From the NCBI RefSeq assembly GCF_000009705.1, contig NC_003241.1:1-5584 (forward strand): a stretch of DNA of 5,584 nucleotides. The letters are read 5' to 3'. The notes beneath the pieces were generated by a model that had not been told where the DNA came from, made no database searches, and saw only the letters and a list, made by a program, of their open reading frames with translations. Shown here one piece after another: positions 4,668 through 5,584 of the stretch; the stretch's first letter is position 1; each line of letters begins with the position of its first letter. A program made the position numbers and the translations under genes. The stretch is from Nostoc sp. PCC 7120 = FACHB-418. Its GTDB lineage: Bacteria; Cyanobacteriota; Cyanobacteriia; Cyanobacteriales; Nostocaceae.

Positions 4668-4690
4668 CTAATAAACTTTAGGAGTGACCC

Positions 4691-5584
4691 ATGGTAAACA
4701 CATTACAAAAAAACCAATCCAAAGAACAGACCATTGAATTTTTGTCCCAACAGCGTGGTATACCTGTTGACTGGCTTGAGGCTCACTGCAAGCGCGATCG
4801 CGACGGATGGCTGATTACTGGAGCTAATTATCAGCAACAGAAACGCCTAGATAAGCCTAGAACGACCAAGGACGGCAAGCAGGTTAAATATGTATCGCAC
4901 ACCAAGGATAAGCAGAAGTACGACATATTTATCCCAGTTGAGCCTACTTTTGGGCTACCGATAACGGATGATTACGACCGCGACGCGACGCTGGTGATCA
5001 CTGAAGGGGCATTCAAAGCTATAAAAGGTTGTAGCGAGGGCGTGTTGACTGTTAGCGTGCCTGGGGTAAATCAACTGTTCAAGCCCAAAGAAAGCGGCGG
5101 CGACTTGGTGAACGGACTGCACGCGCTCACCATTAGATATAAGAAAATAATCATCGCGTTTGACGCTGATGCCAGTTTTAAACCTCAAGTATGGGATGCC
5201 ATAAAGAAAGGGGCTATGGCATTAATTGAGCGCGATTGTGATGTAAAAATAGCTGTGTGGCAACATTCGGAAGAGACTAAAGGAATGGATGATTATATCA
5301 ACAAAGAAGGCATAGAAGCTTTCAAGTTAGTGTTAGAAAATGCGCTAGCTTTGGATGCTTGGGAACATCAATATCCGCGTCCAGAGGACAAGGCATCCAA
5401 AACAAAGCGAACAAAAGCACGGGAAGCAATAGAAAAATATTACGGCGATAGATTGCAGTGGAATGAATTAAAACAAAGAATAGAATTAGATGGCACTCAA
5501 TACAAAGCGGGTCATGCTTATATTGATATAGATAAGGATATCTGCATTGAGTTACCTAAAGAACTCGCTATGGACTTGATGGTA
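4691..5584 (+). CDS. N-terminal part of the primase-helicase replicase: a Toprim-like (DUF3854-type) domain followed by the start of the VirE N-terminal region. The 3' end is open at the window edge.
   Basis: ATG at 4691 follows AGGAG (4680-4684) with a 6-nt spacer. I translated it by hand and found 298 sense codons with no stop up to base 5584. Toprim-type acidic motifs are present: LVITEGAFKA (Glu codon 5003-5005) and IIIAFDADA (DxD, 5162-5170). The tail RLQWNELKQRIELDG matches the N-terminal region usually found upstream of VirE NTPase domains. It is missing from the supplied ORF track only because it has no stop in the window. Confidence 0.85.
   Translation, partial: MVNTLQKNQSKEQTIEFLSQQRGIPVDWLEAHCKRDRDGWLITGANYQQQKRLDKPRTTKDGKQVKYVSHTKDKQKYDIFIPVEPTFGLPITDDYDRDATLVITEGAFKAIKGCSEGVLTVSVPGVNQLFKPKESGGDLVNGLHALTIRYKKIIIAFDADASFKPQVWDAIKKGAMALIERDCDVKIAVWQHSEETKGMDDYINKEGIEAFKLVLENALALDAWEHQYPRPEDKASKTKRTKAREAIEKYYGDRLQWNELKQRIELDGTQYKAGHAYIDIDKDICIELPKELAMDLMV

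Larger units (their letters stand above)
1..5584. mobile_element. Plasmid-like autonomous replicon, possibly complete and circularly permuted.
   Basis: It has a replicase, a regulator, a translocase and iteron-like repeats, but no housekeeping genes. The two edge ORFs join in frame with domain continuity. Confidence 0.5.

Noticed and set aside
4955-5188. Minus-strand 77-aa ORF.
   Set aside because: It is antisense to the Toprim-like domain coding region, whose catalytic E and DxD motifs support the plus-strand frame.
1-5584. The window could be an insertion sequence, a transposon or an integrated prophage.
   Set aside because: There is no transposase, integrase, terminal inverted repeat, att-like direct repeat at the ends, or structural phage gene. 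The gene content fits an autonomous plasmid-like replicon.

Overview
This is a compact, gene-dense window of about 5.6 kb that looks like a small cyanobacterial plasmid or episome, not a chromosomal region. Six perfect GCGATCGC (HIP1) octamers point to a cyanobacterial host. Both window ends lie inside open reading frames. Positions 4691..5584 encode a Toprim-like (DUF3854-type) domain plus the start of a VirE N-terminal region. Positions 1..1449 encode the VirE-family P-loop NTPase part. The two pieces join in frame across the window ends to give a 780-aa primase-helicase replicase, so the window may be one complete, circularly permuted 5,584-bp replicon. The rest of the window has two parts. 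One is a minus-strand ribbon-helix-helix (RHH) regulator at 1706..1888. The other is a divergently transcribed plus-strand operon (1979..4435). The operon holds three ORFans, an untracked 42-aa transmembrane (TM) ORF, a 390-aa FtsK/SpoIIIE/TraB-like ATPase and one more ORFan, and it ends at an intrinsic terminator. I see no relaxase, rolling-circle Rep, integrase, transposase, capsid gene, toxin gene, tRNA or CRISPR array. The most unusual content is at the DNA level. There is a roughly 300-bp field of TTACCTCA/TGAGGTAA repeats inside the replicase linker, which includes an 18-bp perfect inverted repeat. There is an array of degenerate 12-bp tandem repeats plus a hairpin inside the replicase gene. 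A near-palindromic TATG[C/G]CATA box is over-represented across the element and clustered upstream of the replicase start. A GAGTGCCTA repeat set brackets that same intergenic region. All family assignments come from motif recognition by eye and need HMM or structure searches to confirm.
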